Origin: a plasmid
Direction: 5' to 3' (one strand)
NCBI RefSeq assembly: GCF_053078305.1
Contig: NZ_CP166875.1
DNA: 64,000 nucleotides
Shown piece by piece: positions 48,615-59,467 of this stretch. The notes beneath the pieces are model-generated. The model was not told where the DNA came from. It saw only the letters and a program-made list of their open reading frames with translations, and searched no databases. Both the position numbers and the translations under genes were made by a program. Each line of letters begins with the position of its first letter. Positions within the stretch are counted from its first letter, which is position 1.

Positions 48615-51600
48615 TTGTCTTCCGGAGCCACCTCTGCCATGAATATCAACCGCATTATTTTTGCCATTGAAGACTGTATCAGTACCCTGTCACGGTATTC
48701 CGTTTCCGCATTCTTCCCCGATTACTGTGATCTGCACACCGTCATCGGTCTGGACCAGCAGGACCGCGAACGCCGCCCCTGGCTGAAAGCCCCCTACATT
48801 GCCACCACAAAACAGGGGTATTACCTTTCCGTCTTTGAAATCAGCGGTGCCCTGAAAGAAATGGATGAAAACCCGGACCTGACAGCCCCCGGCACACTGG
48901 AATCACTGATTACAGCGCTGGCAGAGCGAATGAACACTGCCTATAAAAACACCGGTCACAAAATCAGTTTTGTTTTCGAACGCGATCCGGAGCGTGGAAG
49001 GGATGAAATCGAAGCCATGCTCTTACCCCAGCGAAAATCCATCGCACGCACGGGGATCCTGCTTCAGGACGTTCTGGATGAAAAAGTCACCACGCTCACC
49101 CCCTGGCTTGTCCGGGAACGCTGCTGGCTGACCGTCTGGAGCTCTGAAGAACTGCTGAGCCGGACCGATCGCAAGGACCACCAGACCCGTATCAGGAAAC
49201 TCGCTGAACACGCTCCGCCAGCCCGATTTGCGCAGGATCCATGGCGCTGGACACTTTCCGCACTCAAAATACGGCATGACGCCTTTCTGGACACGCTGGA
49301 GCAGGCCCTGACACATGATTCTGATGGTCTGCTGGTTCGCCTGATGGATATTCATGAAGTGGGACGGGAAATCCGCCGTCAACTGGAGCGCAACAGCACA
49401 CCTGCAGTATGGCAGCCTCATCTGCCTGAAGATGCCCGTCCTGCCGGCTGGCGACAGGGCGAGGATACCTCTGTATTCCACGCACCGTCGCTGAATCTGC
49501 AGTTATTCACCACACAGCCTGAAACACACGGCAGCCTGATAAAGGCCGGTGACCTCTGGCACGGTATGGTCGCCATTACCCTGCCACCCCAGAATCTGCG
49601 GACATTCAACCAGCTGGTCAGGGATGTGCCCCGCGCAATCCCCTGGCGTATCCGGATGGATCTGATGCCCGGCGGCATGAAGGCGCTTGGGGTCAAGAAA
49701 ACCCTGCTGACCTACAGCAGCTTTATTTCCCCTCTCCGGCCCATGTATGACTCGGTGATGATGCTGAATGACATCAACAAACATGATCCGGTCTGTATCA
49801 TGACCATTGTTGCCACCACATGGGGAAACAGCCGGGAAGTCTGTACCCGCAACCAGGCTCTCCTGAAATCTGCGCTGGAAGGCTGGGGAGTATGCGGCAC
49901 CACCACCACCTTCGGTGATCCGAGACGTGCCTGGGTGAACACGGTTCTGGCGGCCTCCCACGGTTCCGGTCCAGTCCCCCTTTACCCGCCCCTTTCACAC
50001 GCCCTTTCCCTGTTTCCCCTGAACAGGGCCGGCTCTGTCTGGCGGGGACAGGGAAATCTGATGATGCACACCGAAGACGGCTCTGCATGGGAGGTCGCGC
50101 TGGCATCGTCACAACAGAACAAGCACACGGAACTGACGCCCGGCGCACCCGGTCTGGGCAAATCGGTACTCATCAACGCACTGTCGGAGATCCAGATAGC
50201 CTCAGCCCAGAAGAACCTGCCTTTCATTGCCTATATCGACAAGGGATTCAGTGCACAGGGACTGGTACAGCTTATCCGTGACAGCCTGCCGGAGCAGAGA
50301 AAGGACGAAGCCGTGGGGATCATTCTGAGCAATGATCCGGAACACACCCGTAACCTGTTTGATGTGATGTACGGTGCTAAAAAACCCGCCACCCCGGAAA
50401 AGAACTTCATGGTATCTGTACTCTGCGCACTGTGCGTGGATACCGGCACCGGTCAGCCCTGTAATCCCGGTGACACCCGGCAAATCATAAGCAACCTGGT
50501 GGATCTGGCCTTCAGGGAGTATGGCGAAAACAACCCCAGACTGTACCGTGCAGGAACAGAGCCCCTTGTGGATCTCGCCCTGGAAGAGAGTGGCATCGCA
50601 GAACAACATGACGCTGGATGGTGGAATGCTGCCACCTGGTTTGAAATCAGGGACATGCTGCATATGGCTGGCAATATCCCCGCAGCCCAGCGGGCACACT
50701 ACCAGGCCATGCCCCTGCTGGCTGAAATGTCCGCCCTGCTGGGACAGCCATCCATCCGGGATGTGTTCGGCACAGTTCAGCGCGATAACTCAGCAGAATT
50801 GTTACTGGACTACATCCGCCGTGCCCTCGATCAGGGACACAGTGACTACCCGATGATGTCCGGCTGTACCCAGTTTATGCTCAGCCCCGACACCCGCGTC
50901 GTGGCCGTTGATCTGAACAATGTGGCCGGTGACAAGACACCTGCCGGGCGTCTGCGCACCGGCATCATGTACCTGCTGGCAGGACAAATCGCCGGAGGGG
51001 ATTTTGTCCTGCCGCAGTATCAGGAGGAAATACGGAAAAATCTCGACCCACGCTACCATGAGGTGATTTTCCGCCGCATTGAACAGCTTGATCAGGAGGT
51101 CAAGACCAAAGTCTATGACGAACTGCACAATGCAAAAGGGATCAATTTCATCTGGGAAGCCCTGGACACCCAGGAGCTGGAGCAGCGTAAGTTCGGGATA
51201 CGCACAGTGCTGAGCACCCAGCTATTGCAGGACTATCCACCGGCAGTTCTCAAATCCGCCAACACCCTCTGGTTGCTGCGTTACCGCCCTGACGAAATTC
51301 CGTTTCTGCGGGATAATTTTGGTGTCCCTGAAGTCACCCTGCGGCGCTTCCTGAAAATGCCGGAAGGGGCTGCACCGGATGGCAGCGGTGTCCCGGTACT
51401 GGCGGTGTTCCGTGTAAAAAACGGTACGCTGGCCCGGATCCTGAAATTCACTCTCGGTCCACTGGAGCTGTGGGCACTGAATTCCTCACCCAAAGACAGC
51501 GCCCTGAGACGTGCGCTGACGCAGGAGCTCGGGTCACTGCGGGCACGCCAGATCCTGGCAGAAAACTTTCCCCGTGGTTCAGCCACCTCACTGATAGAAC

Positions 51601-51683
51601 ACCGCGCCCGTACACATGACAGTGAAAACGTCATCCATGATCTGGCTGCGGAACTCATCCGTAAGCAGGGATATCACCTCTGA
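48615..51683 (+). CDS. traU: large T4SS ATPase (TraU / DotO-IcmB-like)
   Basis: 1022 aa; Walker A-like TPGAPGLGKSVLINAL; size and position match TraU of I-type systems. Confidence 0.75.
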   Translation: MSSGATSAMNINRIIFAIEDCISTLSRYSVSAFFPDYCDLHTVIGLDQQDRERRPWLKAPYIATTKQGYYLSVFEISGALKEMDENPDLTAPGTLESLITALAERMNTAYKNTGHKISFVFERDPERGRDEIEAMLLPQRKSIARTGILLQDVLDEKVTTLTPWLVRERCWLTVWSSEELLSRTDRKDHQTRIRKLAEHAPPARFAQDPWRWTLSALKIRHDAFLDTLEQALTHDSDGLLVRLMDIHEVGREIRRQLERNSTPAVWQPHLPEDARPAGWRQGEDTSVFHAPSLNLQLFTTQPETHGSLIKAGDLWHGMVAITLPPQNLRTFNQLVRDVPRAIPWRIRMDLMPGGMKALGVKKTLLTYSSFISPLRPMYDSVMMLNDINKHDPVCIMTIVATTWGNSREVCTRNQALLKSALEGWGVCGTTTTFGDPRRAWVNTVLAASHGSGPVPLYPPLSHALSLFPLNRAGSVWRGQGNLMMHTEDGSAWEVALASSQQNKHTELTPGAPGLGKSVLINALSEIQIASAQKNLPFIAYIDKGFSAQGLVQLIRDSLPEQRKDEAVGIILSNDPEHTRNLFDVMYGAKKPATPEKNFMVSVLCALCVDTGTGQPCNPGDTRQIISNLVDLAFREYGENNPRLYRAGTEPLVDLALEESGIAEQHDAGWWNAATWFEIRDMLHMAGNIPAAQRAHYQAMPLLAEMSALLGQPSIRDVFGTVQRDNSAELLLDYIRRALDQGHSDYPMMSGCTQFMLSPDTRVVAVDLNNVAGDKTPAGRLRTGIMYLLAGQIAGGDFVLPQYQEEIRKNLDPRYHEVIFRRIEQLDQEVKTKVYDELHNAKGINFIWEALDTQELEQRKFGIRTVLSTQLLQDYPPAVLKSANTLWLLRYRPDEIPFLRDNFGVPEVTLRRFLKMPEGAAPDGSGVPVLAVFRVKNGTLARILKFTLGPLELWALNSSPKDSALRRALTQELGSLRARQILAENFPRGSATSLIEHRARTHDSENVIHDLAAELIRKQGYHL

Positions 51684-52300
51684 TGTACAGCATACACATC
51701 ACTCCCCGCTGCCGGCGTCCTGCACGGGGACAGGTCTTCCTGAAAACGCTGCGCGTGGACGGTGACAGTTTCAGCTTCACCCTGCCGTCCGCCTGCTTCA
51801 CGCTGCGTCCCTCCCCCAATCCCCGGGTCATTTTCGCCAGTGACAGACGGGCTGACGGGGAAATGAGTGGCGTTCGCCTGGCTCTGCCCGGAGAGACAGG
51901 CACGCTGATAACAACGGCCACCTGGCAGGTCAACGTGCCGGAGCGGCCTCCTTTTGATATACAGCATGTCATTCACTGGCTCCTGCCCTCGCCTCTCACG
52001 GCGCTGATGTCCGACAACACCTGGCTGTGGCCGGATAGCCCCGGCACACCGGCACTGACGGCGGGAGACTGGCCGGTAATGGAAACCGATACCCCGACGC
52101 TGAAACGCGTGAAGCGTCGTACCTTCACGCTCATCGATAACCGCAACCGTCAGGGATGGATCACCCGTCGCTTCCAGTGCTTCCCGCTGGCTCCGCTGCC
52201 GGAATCACACAGTCACCGCGTACCAGACATCCTGTATCCCCTGAAAACGGAGAAAAAAGAATGCAAAGACAACCAGCAACCACACTGCTTGCACTCCTGA
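51683..52300 (+). CDS. transfer protein (TraV position)
   Basis: 205-aa ORF; 3' end overlaps the next gene. Confidence 0.4.
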   Translation: MYSIHITPRCRRPARGQVFLKTLRVDGDSFSFTLPSACFTLRPSPNPRVIFASDRRADGEMSGVRLALPGETGTLITTATWQVNVPERPPFDIQHVIHWLLPSPLTALMSDNTWLWPDSPGTPALTAGDWPVMETDTPTLKRVKRRTFTLIDNRNRQGWITRRFQCFPLAPLPESHSHRVPDILYPLKTEKKECKDNQQPHCLHS

Positions 52301-53466
52301 TAGGCTGTACGGTTATCCCGTCCACCCACGCCTATCCTGTGACCGTAGTGGCCAGCCAGCCTGTCACCACACAAATCATGCCGGAGCTGGCCGCCATTCA
52401 GGGCGTGATGGCAGAGATGGTCCGTATGCAGACAGCCACCGGCACAGCCATCAACCAGAGTTCAGAGAAGCTGGCCTCTGTCATCGCACAGGATGGGCAG
52501 GCCACCCGTCAGCAGATGATATTCAGTAATGAAACCCGCCGGCTTGAGGAAGCCCGGAAGAGCTTCAGCGTGCCGGACTCCATCTGCAGTGAATCCGCCT
52601 CCGGAGTTGCAGCTGAAAGTCGCCGTGCAGCAGCGTCTGCGGCTGCACGTCTGAGTCAGGGAGGAGGCGTCAGCAGTAAACCCATCCGTGAACGTCTCTC
52701 CCGGGCAGCAGACTCACCAACCCGCGAGGCATATGACAGTGCAGGCATTCATGCCGGTTACTGCACGGAAGCTGAATATGCCCGCTTTGGCGGAACCGAT
52801 GTCTGCCCTGCCGTGGGCGAGCTGCCGGGCGGAGACAGCCAGGTGCGATCGCTCTATCAGGGTGCAGGCACAGCAGATAGCCCTGCCGCCCTCACCTGGG
52901 ATCAGAAACAGATTGATGCTGCCACGGCTTACATGAAAAACACCGCCAGACCGTCAGCGGGTCGTGCCCCGGGGAAAGGTGAAGTGGGAACACAGACCGG
53001 GCGCACGTATGTGGGCCTGCAGAATGAATACAACGGCATCATCGATGCCGCTTCTCATCCGCAACTGTCACTGATAGCTGACAGCACCCCTAATGAGGCC
53101 ACCCGTGGAGCGCTGACTGAAGCCCTGCAGTCACCATCCGCTGCGGCATATTTTGACCGGACCGCATCATCAGAGGCCCGCACCCGTGGTCACATGAGCC
53201 AGCGGGAGTTTGAGGCCTTTGAAGCCGGCAGACGCTATGCAAACACCGACTGGCAGCAGGATCTGCAGGGCATGGAAGGCGATAACCTTCTCCGTGAACT
53301 GCTGCGCACTACCGCCCTGCTGAACTGGCAGATGAACGACCTGAAAGAGCAGATACGCCAGGGTAATGTTATCGCCGGGCAGCAGCTGGCACTGGCGGCA
53401 CGACAGTATTACGGACAGCGTCTCGGTGAACTGTCACAGGCCATGAGCCAGGGGAGCGTAAGATGA
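52261..53466 (+). CDS. transfer lipoprotein (TraW position)
   Basis: Start at ATG 52261; signal peptide plus lipobox LLIGC (MQRQPATTLLALLIGC). Confidence 0.45.
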   Translation: MQRQPATTLLALLIGCTVIPSTHAYPVTVVASQPVTTQIMPELAAIQGVMAEMVRMQTATGTAINQSSEKLASVIAQDGQATRQQMIFSNETRRLEEARKSFSVPDSICSESASGVAAESRRAAASAAARLSQGGGVSSKPIRERLSRAADSPTREAYDSAGIHAGYCTEAEYARFGGTDVCPAVGELPGGDSQVRSLYQGAGTADSPAALTWDQKQIDAATAYMKNTARPSAGRAPGKGEVGTQTGRTYVGLQNEYNGIIDAASHPQLSLIADSTPNEATRGALTEALQSPSAAAYFDRTASSEARTRGHMSQREFEAFEAGRRYANTDWQQDLQGMEGDNLLRELLRTTALLNWQMNDLKEQIRQGNVIAGQQLALAARQYYGQRLGELSQAMSQGSVR

Positions 53467-54032
53467 AAGACGACAACAGCACCGACAAAAAAAAACCGGC
53501 CCCCCGTCTCCGCCGCATCGGTGACATCGGGATAAACCTGTTCGCACCACTGGCAGAAACCCGGTGGATGCTGCGCAGCTGCCACCATATGCTGGGCCAG
53601 CATAAAACGCGCCTGAAGCGCCTCATGCCCGACCGGCAACCGGAGAGTCCGGTCTGTATGACCTGGGAAGAAGCCGTCAGGGCCAGCGGCCTTACGGTCA
53701 ACGAACTGGATCGGCGTCTGCGACGTCGCAGGATGTTCTGGCGGACAGGATTCTGGCTGATGATGATACCGGTACTTCTGCTGTGCGGCATGGCCCTTGC
53801 TGCCACAGCGCTTCCGGCCATCACCCTGATACGTATACTGGCCTGCCTGTTACTGATGAGTGCCATTGCAGCACTGTGTGCCTCAAAAACCCTGATTGTG
53901 TCATACCGCCTCTGGCAACTGAATGAACGGCGGGTCAGCGAGGACGAACAGGGCACCTTCCCCGATTACCTGCAGGCCCGGCACGGCTGGAAACAGGCCA
54001 CATGGCTGGCCATTACCCACCGGCAGTACTGA
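53463..54032 (+). CDS. integral-membrane transfer protein (TraX position)
   Basis: 189 aa with two long hydrophobic segments; overlapping start/stop. Confidence 0.4.
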   Translation: MKDDNSTDKKKPAPRLRRIGDIGINLFAPLAETRWMLRSCHHMLGQHKTRLKRLMPDRQPESPVCMTWEEAVRASGLTVNELDRRLRRRRMFWRTGFWLMMIPVLLLCGMALAATALPAITLIRILACLLLMSAIAALCASKTLIVSYRLWQLNERRVSEDEQGTFPDYLQARHGWKQATWLAITHRQY

Positions 54033-54104
54033 CCGTCCGGTCTGCAATTCCTTTTCCTCATTCCGGAGGCTGATGCCCTGCATCCCTTCGGTTCCGGAGT
54101 TATC

Positions 54105-56270
54105 GTGAAAATCATACCCAGAGCACTGAGTGCGGGTCTGGCGCTGGCTGCCGTACCTGCACAGGCATTCGTCACCTATCAGGACATTGTGAGCGCCGCC
54201 ACCAATCCGGATGACCTGTCGCGCCAGGCACTGGTCACCATTTTTGGCGACGTGGTCACAAATCCCCTGACAGCCAGCAGCAACACCATTATCGGCAACC
54301 TGTTCATGGTGTTTAACGCAATTATCGCCATTATGGGGATAGTCTGGTTCCTGTTTATTGGAATCCGCCATGTTGTCCGCACCGGCCACCAGGGCAATGT
54401 CTTTAACAACGGGCGGGACGTCGTCGGAATGCTCAGTATTGTGAGCGGTTTTATGATGATTGTGCCCACCGCTTCCGGCTGGAGCCTGGCACAACTGGTC
54501 ATGCTCTGGGGCGCATCCATCATGGGCATTGGTTCCGCCAATATCATGGTTCAGACGGCTGCAGAAAACATCGCTGAAGGCTATTCAATGACCGTACAGC
54601 CAGTTCATGTCTCCACCCGCACGGCAGCACGGGGAATACTGGAGATGGCGCTGTGCAAACACGCCATGAATGCAGGCCTCGATGACTTTAACCGTACTGC
54701 CCGTTCATCAACGCCCCCCATGAGCGAATCCTCACGGACAGAGAACGGCAGGTATACCATCACCGTTTCAAATGGCAGTGCCACCTGCGGTAGTGTGAGT
54801 CTCTCCGTAAAAGGGAATGGCAGCAACAACCAGTCCGCACTGGACTATTTTTTCAATCCCTTCATTGAAACGGAGTATCAGGGTGTCCTGACGGCACAAC
54901 GCTCCGCCATGGATACCATGCTCCGTGACCTGGACAGCGCAGCACAGGAATTTGTGTCAGCGTACCGGACCCGACGCGACACGGGTAACGGCAACCTGCC
55001 GGATATTGAAAGCCGTATTCAGAAGGCTGCCAACAGGTATGAAGAAACGGTGCAGAAGGCGTTGCCAACAGATAACGCAGAAACTGAGCGCAGGGAGCAG
55101 CTGAAATCCTACCTGACCACCTACGGCTGGGTTGCCCTGGGGGCCTGGTACCAGACCTTTGCCACTGCCAACCAGCGACTGGCAGAACTGGCCGACCGTG
55201 CCCCCACTGTGAGTGGAGTTTCATCGCAGGGCGAAGCAGGGGATACTGAATTCCTGAAGGAAGTAAAAGGAGCTTACCAGGCACAGTTGCAAAACTCACC
55301 ATATACACCTGCACTGGGAACAGCCACCTCCGCCAGTGAATACCAGGCATCTAATACACAGAATCCTCAATCAGCCCTGTTAGAGTTCATAGGGCCAGGG
55401 TTAACTCGATTTTCAAATAAAGTAGCAACCATACATTCAGGAACAGGAACAACGAGTCAGCAGGCAAATCCTCTGCTGAAAATGAAGGACATTGGTGATT
55501 ACACCATGGTCACAACCGAAACCATCTGGGCGGGTTATACCACTGTCAGGGTGCTTTCAACTGCCGGCAGCAACTCCGTTTTTGGCCGACTGGTCAATGC
55601 CGTCAGCGGCTTATCTGATGCCGCAAAGGCTTTTCTGGAAGCCTCCGCACCACCACTCTACTTCCTGCTGTTTTTGCTGTTCTGTGCCGGTTTTTCGTTG
55701 TCCATTTACCTGCCGTTTATCCCGTTTATCTTCTGGATGACCGGCATCGGCAACTGGATAGTCAGCGTACTGATTGGATGCGCCGCCGGCCCCCTGTGGG
55801 CCGCAACCCACCTGGGAACAAGTCAGGACAGAGGAAGTCGGGCCGCTTACGGTTACATCTACCTGATAGACAGCATGATCAGGCCTCTGTTGATGGTGTT
55901 CGGGTTCTTTTTTGCATCGGTCGCCATCGTGGCTGGCGGCACCATACTGAATGCTCTGTACGCTGCAGCACTAATGAATGTCCAGATAAATTCTGTGACG
56001 GGCGTGTTCAGCATGGCGGGATTTTTGATGATTTATGCCCGCGCCTGTACCACACTGGTTGCGGGCGTTTTTGCACTTCAGGCTTATCTGCCAGACCATG
56101 TGATTAATTTTCTGGGCGGACGTGATGGCGTTAATATGCTGGGGAATATGGTTTCTTCCGTCAAAGATATTATTGCCGGCGGAAACACCAATATACGCAG
56201 AACACCTGGCGTTCGTGAAGATAAACTGAAAAATATTAATAGAGATGATAAGGACGGAATAAAACAATAG
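54105..56270 (+). CDS. traY: large polytopic inner-membrane transfer protein (TraY / DotA-like)
   Basis: 721 aa, GTG start, signal peptide, several hydrophobic blocks; size and position match TraY. Confidence 0.6.
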   Translation: MKIIPRALSAGLALAAVPAQAFVTYQDIVSAATNPDDLSRQALVTIFGDVVTNPLTASSNTIIGNLFMVFNAIIAIMGIVWFLFIGIRHVVRTGHQGNVFNNGRDVVGMLSIVSGFMMIVPTASGWSLAQLVMLWGASIMGIGSANIMVQTAAENIAEGYSMTVQPVHVSTRTAARGILEMALCKHAMNAGLDDFNRTARSSTPPMSESSRTENGRYTITVSNGSATCGSVSLSVKGNGSNNQSALDYFFNPFIETEYQGVLTAQRSAMDTMLRDLDSAAQEFVSAYRTRRDTGNGNLPDIESRIQKAANRYEETVQKALPTDNAETERREQLKSYLTTYGWVALGAWYQTFATANQRLAELADRAPTVSGVSSQGEAGDTEFLKEVKGAYQAQLQNSPYTPALGTATSASEYQASNTQNPQSALLEFIGPGLTRFSNKVATIHSGTGTTSQQANPLLKMKDIGDYTMVTTETIWAGYTTVRVLSTAGSNSVFGRLVNAVSGLSDAAKAFLEASAPPLYFLLFLLFCAGFSLSIYLPFIPFIFWMTGIGNWIVSVLIGCAAGPLWAATHLGTSQDRGSRAAYGYIYLIDSMIRPLLMVFGFFFASVAIVAGGTILNALYAAALMNVQINSVTGVFSMAGFLMIYARACTTLVAGVFALQAYLPDHVINFLGGRDGVNMLGNMVSSVKDIIAGGNTNIRRTPGVREDKLKNINRDDKDGIKQ

Positions 56271-56340
56271 AGTACAAAACAGTATTGCCATATTCACCTG
56301 AAGAGTTTAAAATATATTCAGGTGAATATGGAGGTTTATT

Positions 56341-56991
56341 ATGAACAAAACGAAAAGCAGATATCCTTCCTGGTGGGCATATTACCACTTGGCCCGCAAC
56401 GCTTATTTCTTATTAGGAATACCGTGTTTACTTTTATACTCAGCCGCTTATACATCAGATTTATTAGATGATAATCTAAGACATTCAACAAGCCTTTTTA
56501 TTTTGGCATATGGATGTTATTTTCTTCTTTTTATTCCCCCACTCTGGCTATATCTGAGAACTAAGGCAAAGAAAAAGAAAATCCTACAGGTTGTTAAGAA
56601 GATAAAAGAAAGCAGTCCCTTTGCGCCGACCAGCGATTACGAGCAACTGTCATTCTCGAAGAGTTGCTATTTCGGGATCGACATTAAAAACGGCACCATG
56701 CTGTATGTGCGCATTTACCCAAACAATGTCATGGATGTGATTGGTCTGGATATTCACAACTTCACCCGAACAGTTGCTGAAGACGGCAAGCTGGAAATCC
56801 ACACCACCTATGTGAGTCTGCCGATGATCCCTCTTGAAATCTCCGGCATCTCAGCAAGGACGCTGGCCAACACCATGCACACCATGGCTGCACGTGGATA
56901 TGAGTACAAGGAACGTTTCCCACAGATGATCCGGTATCGGGTTAAAGAGTGGGAAAAAGTTGCCGGTGTTCCTGTTGCAGAAGTATTTTGA
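56341..56991 (+). CDS. excA: entry-exclusion protein ExcA-like
   Basis: 216 aa with N-terminal TM helices, directly after the traY-like gene as in IncI plasmids; 5' half AT-rich. Confidence 0.5.
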   Translation: MNKTKSRYPSWWAYYHLARNAYFLLGIPCLLLYSAAYTSDLLDDNLRHSTSLFILAYGCYFLLFIPPLWLYLRTKAKKKKILQVVKKIKESSPFAPTSDYEQLSFSKSCYFGIDIKNGTMLYVRIYPNNVMDVIGLDIHNFTRTVAEDGKLEIHTTYVSLPMIPLEISGISARTLANTMHTMAARGYEYKERFPQMIRYRVKEWEKVAGVPVAEVF

Positions 56992-57023
56992 GGTAGCTAT
57001 CAACTGTTAGACGATAATCCGTC

Positions 57024-57056
57024 AGCCGGTTTTCTCTGAACCGGCTTTTTCTTTTC
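57024..57056 (+). terminator. rho-independent terminator after the transfer operon
   Basis: Perfect 8-bp stem AGCCGGTT / AACCGGCT with 7-nt loop followed by TTTTTCTTTT. Confidence 0.5.
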
Positions 57057-57176
57057 AGGCAGAATGCCTGTCTGCCGTCTATCTCAGGACGCCGCATGGA
57101 GTCTCTATGTTTTCCCCACAAATTCTTAGCACTGTCTTGCCCACTGTAGACAAAATCAATACAATTCTGCATATCA

Positions 57177-57195
57177 GTTATCTATAAAAGATAAC
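57177..57195. promoter_or_regulatory. palindromic operator-like site upstream of the 527-aa gene
   Basis: GTTATCT-ATAAA-AGATAAC, perfect 7-bp inverted repeat about 70 bp upstream of ATG 57265 in AT-rich DNA. Confidence 0.35.
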
Positions 57196-57264
57196 AATAT
57201 CATTATAAATAATTATCATATCCACACACTCAAGGCAGTACCTAGAAAACATAAAGATAAAATC

Positions 57265-58848
57265 ATGTCTACCCGCAGCAATTTTCCAGCACGACATGGT
57301 ACTCCATGGAATACTGAAGAGTTACAGCGTCTTCTCGTATCCATAGCGGAGGGCGTCTCGCTAAAAAAACTTACTCAAACACATCAACGATCGTCCGGGG
57401 GAATACGTGGAGCAATCAAACGCCTGCTTCCTTCTGAGTTTCTTGAGTTCAACGATATAAACACGGTGAATGATCTCAGCAATTACTTCAACAAGATTCC
57501 TCGCCAAGAACACAATAGTATCATCAATAATTTAATATCATTGAGCACTGCAAAAACAATTGCTCATGATAAAGTTGAAATACAAAAGAATAGTTTTAAA
57601 CAAAATACCCCACTCCCCCTCTGCCAACCCAATACAGATTTTAAAGATTATATAGCCGATGAACATGATGTCATTATGCTAATTCATTCTGCTATCGAAA
57701 GTTTATCTAATAAACGACATCAATATATTCTTCTAATGCGACTCGGCACAGATGATTCACCTCATTCTCTGGCAGATATTGCCGTCAAATTAGGAATTTC
57801 CCGTGAAAGGGTAAGACAACTTCAGGAACGAGCCCTTGGCTTACTAGCTGCTAAATCTCGCTATGAAGGGACACCTGGAGCTTGCCTTAAAGCCCTTATT
57901 AACTCAATAGGTAATTCACCATATGATATAGCAGTATGGATTTATCGTATTGTTCATCGGGATTTCGTTACATCCTCTGACTTAGCCGCCAAATTCATTA
58001 TTTTTACCGCAGGCATTCCTAAAGCAAGACGAGATGAAATAAAAAGTTCGCTCTCATTAATATCACAATTACAAAAGCAGAGGTTACGTGAACGAAGAGC
58101 AGAATTAGCACACGCTCGCGCTCAGGAAAGAGCCCGAATCAAGAAAGAAAGAGTTGAGTTCATATTCAGTAAATGGCTAGACAATACACATTGGCCAAAA
58201 TATATCGCACCTCCTCCCCCCGTAGAACAGCTATGTTCACAGAGAGCGGTTAATGATACTGACATATCTGGATTCTTTTACTCTCAAAAATTAGGTCGTA
58301 CAGTCCAGTACGAATCAGGGCTTGAGTTTAAAATAATGAATCTATTAGAATGTTGCGATCAGGTTCTTTTCTATCAAGAACAACCATTTTCTATTCCATA
58401 TTGTTTTAAAAACAAATCAAAAAAATACTATCCAGATTTACTCATTGCGACAGTTGATGGTCGGTGCCTACTTATGGAAGTGAAGCCAACAGACCGAATG
58501 ACCTTGAGTCTCACGAGAATAAAAAGTAATGCAGGTCGCAAATGGGCACATACTCGAGGATGGGGATGGTTGGTCATTAGTGATAGGTTCTCGTTACGTC
58601 AGCTGGAAGAACATGCCATCTCAACAAACACATGGAAACTTATAGAGGCTGAACTGAAAACATCAAGGATTTTAGCATGGCGTGAAATGATGGAGTTACG
58701 TACACGATACGAGATTCATCGTTTAGATCTTATTGCATATATCATTCAGTCTGGTGCTGAAGTGGATAACTTTTATCGAATTACCCCGAAAATATCTAAT
58801 AATACATCTAACCAGAGACAACTAAATGAGAGCGACTGTCATAATTGA
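57265..58848 (+). CDS. multidomain protein: N-terminal HTH, sigma-70 region-4-like HTH, C-terminal PD-(D/E)xK nuclease-like domain
   Basis: 527 aa, AT-rich. Residues ~10-50 HTH-like (WNTEELQRLLVSIAEGVSLKKL); ~150-210 sigma region-4 pattern (HQYILLMRLGTDDSPHSLADIAVKLGISRERVRQLQERALGLL); C-terminus has E...PD-x13-E-x-K (GLEFKI...YYPDLLIATVDGRCLLMEVKP). Confidence 0.6.
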   Translation: MSTRSNFPARHGTPWNTEELQRLLVSIAEGVSLKKLTQTHQRSSGGIRGAIKRLLPSEFLEFNDINTVNDLSNYFNKIPRQEHNSIINNLISLSTAKTIAHDKVEIQKNSFKQNTPLPLCQPNTDFKDYIADEHDVIMLIHSAIESLSNKRHQYILLMRLGTDDSPHSLADIAVKLGISRERVRQLQERALGLLAAKSRYEGTPGACLKALINSIGNSPYDIAVWIYRIVHRDFVTSSDLAAKFIIFTAGIPKARRDEIKSSLSLISQLQKQRLRERRAELAHARAQERARIKKERVEFIFSKWLDNTHWPKYIAPPPPVEQLCSQRAVNDTDISGFFYSQKLGRTVQYESGLEFKIMNLLECCDQVLFYQEQPFSIPYCFKNKSKKYYPDLLIATVDGRCLLMEVKPTDRMTLSLTRIKSNAGRKWAHTRGWGWLVISDRFSLRQLEEHAISTNTWKLIEAELKTSRILAWREMMELRTRYEIHRLDLIAYIIQSGAEVDNFYRITPKISNNTSNQRQLNESDCHN

Positions 58849-59467
58849 TGACGCACAGGACGGAAAAAATAATAGCTGCCGGACAGCAGCAACCAGCAGT
58901 CGTCCGGTAAAAAAGACAAACAAGGCGCATTGAGGTCAGCCTTCGCAACAATCCGGCGGCAGATTCTCTACCGCCGTGTTGCCCGTTAACGTTTAACTTC
59001 GTAGGCTAACGTTGCCACAAGCACCGTATTTCCCTGCTCGATACGAAATCCGCAAAGCGAATCCCTCACCATCCAGACAAAACACAGTATCGTCACACAG
59101 ACGACGATTAACATCATTAAAAACGTTCGTTGTGGCATCGCAGCCCCTCCATTGCCTTTCGGCCGTCATCGGGCTACTATAATGTTGTTGAGGCATTACA
59201 GTGGGCCCTGGGTTGATTGATAAAAAAATCGCCTGGGGCTTTCTGCTACATGCCGTCCACAAAACGCTTTCGGCATACAGCCTCAAGCGCCCGCCGCTAT
59301 TCTAATCGTTTTCCAGTCCGCCACAATCCTTTTCATGCCACCACGTATTTTGTGTCAGGGACAGAAATAAAGCCGGAAAGTGACTACGTGTGCACACATC
59401 TGTTTTCCGGGCTGCAGGCATCGTGTTATTTTCTGAAATGCAAAATAATAAAAAACAAGGACACATC

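Noticed and set aside
53369-54494. Reverse-strand ORFs of 195 and 197 aa
   Set aside because: Antisense to the TraW/TraX/TraY-position genes, which are translationally coupled in an operon; no independent signals.
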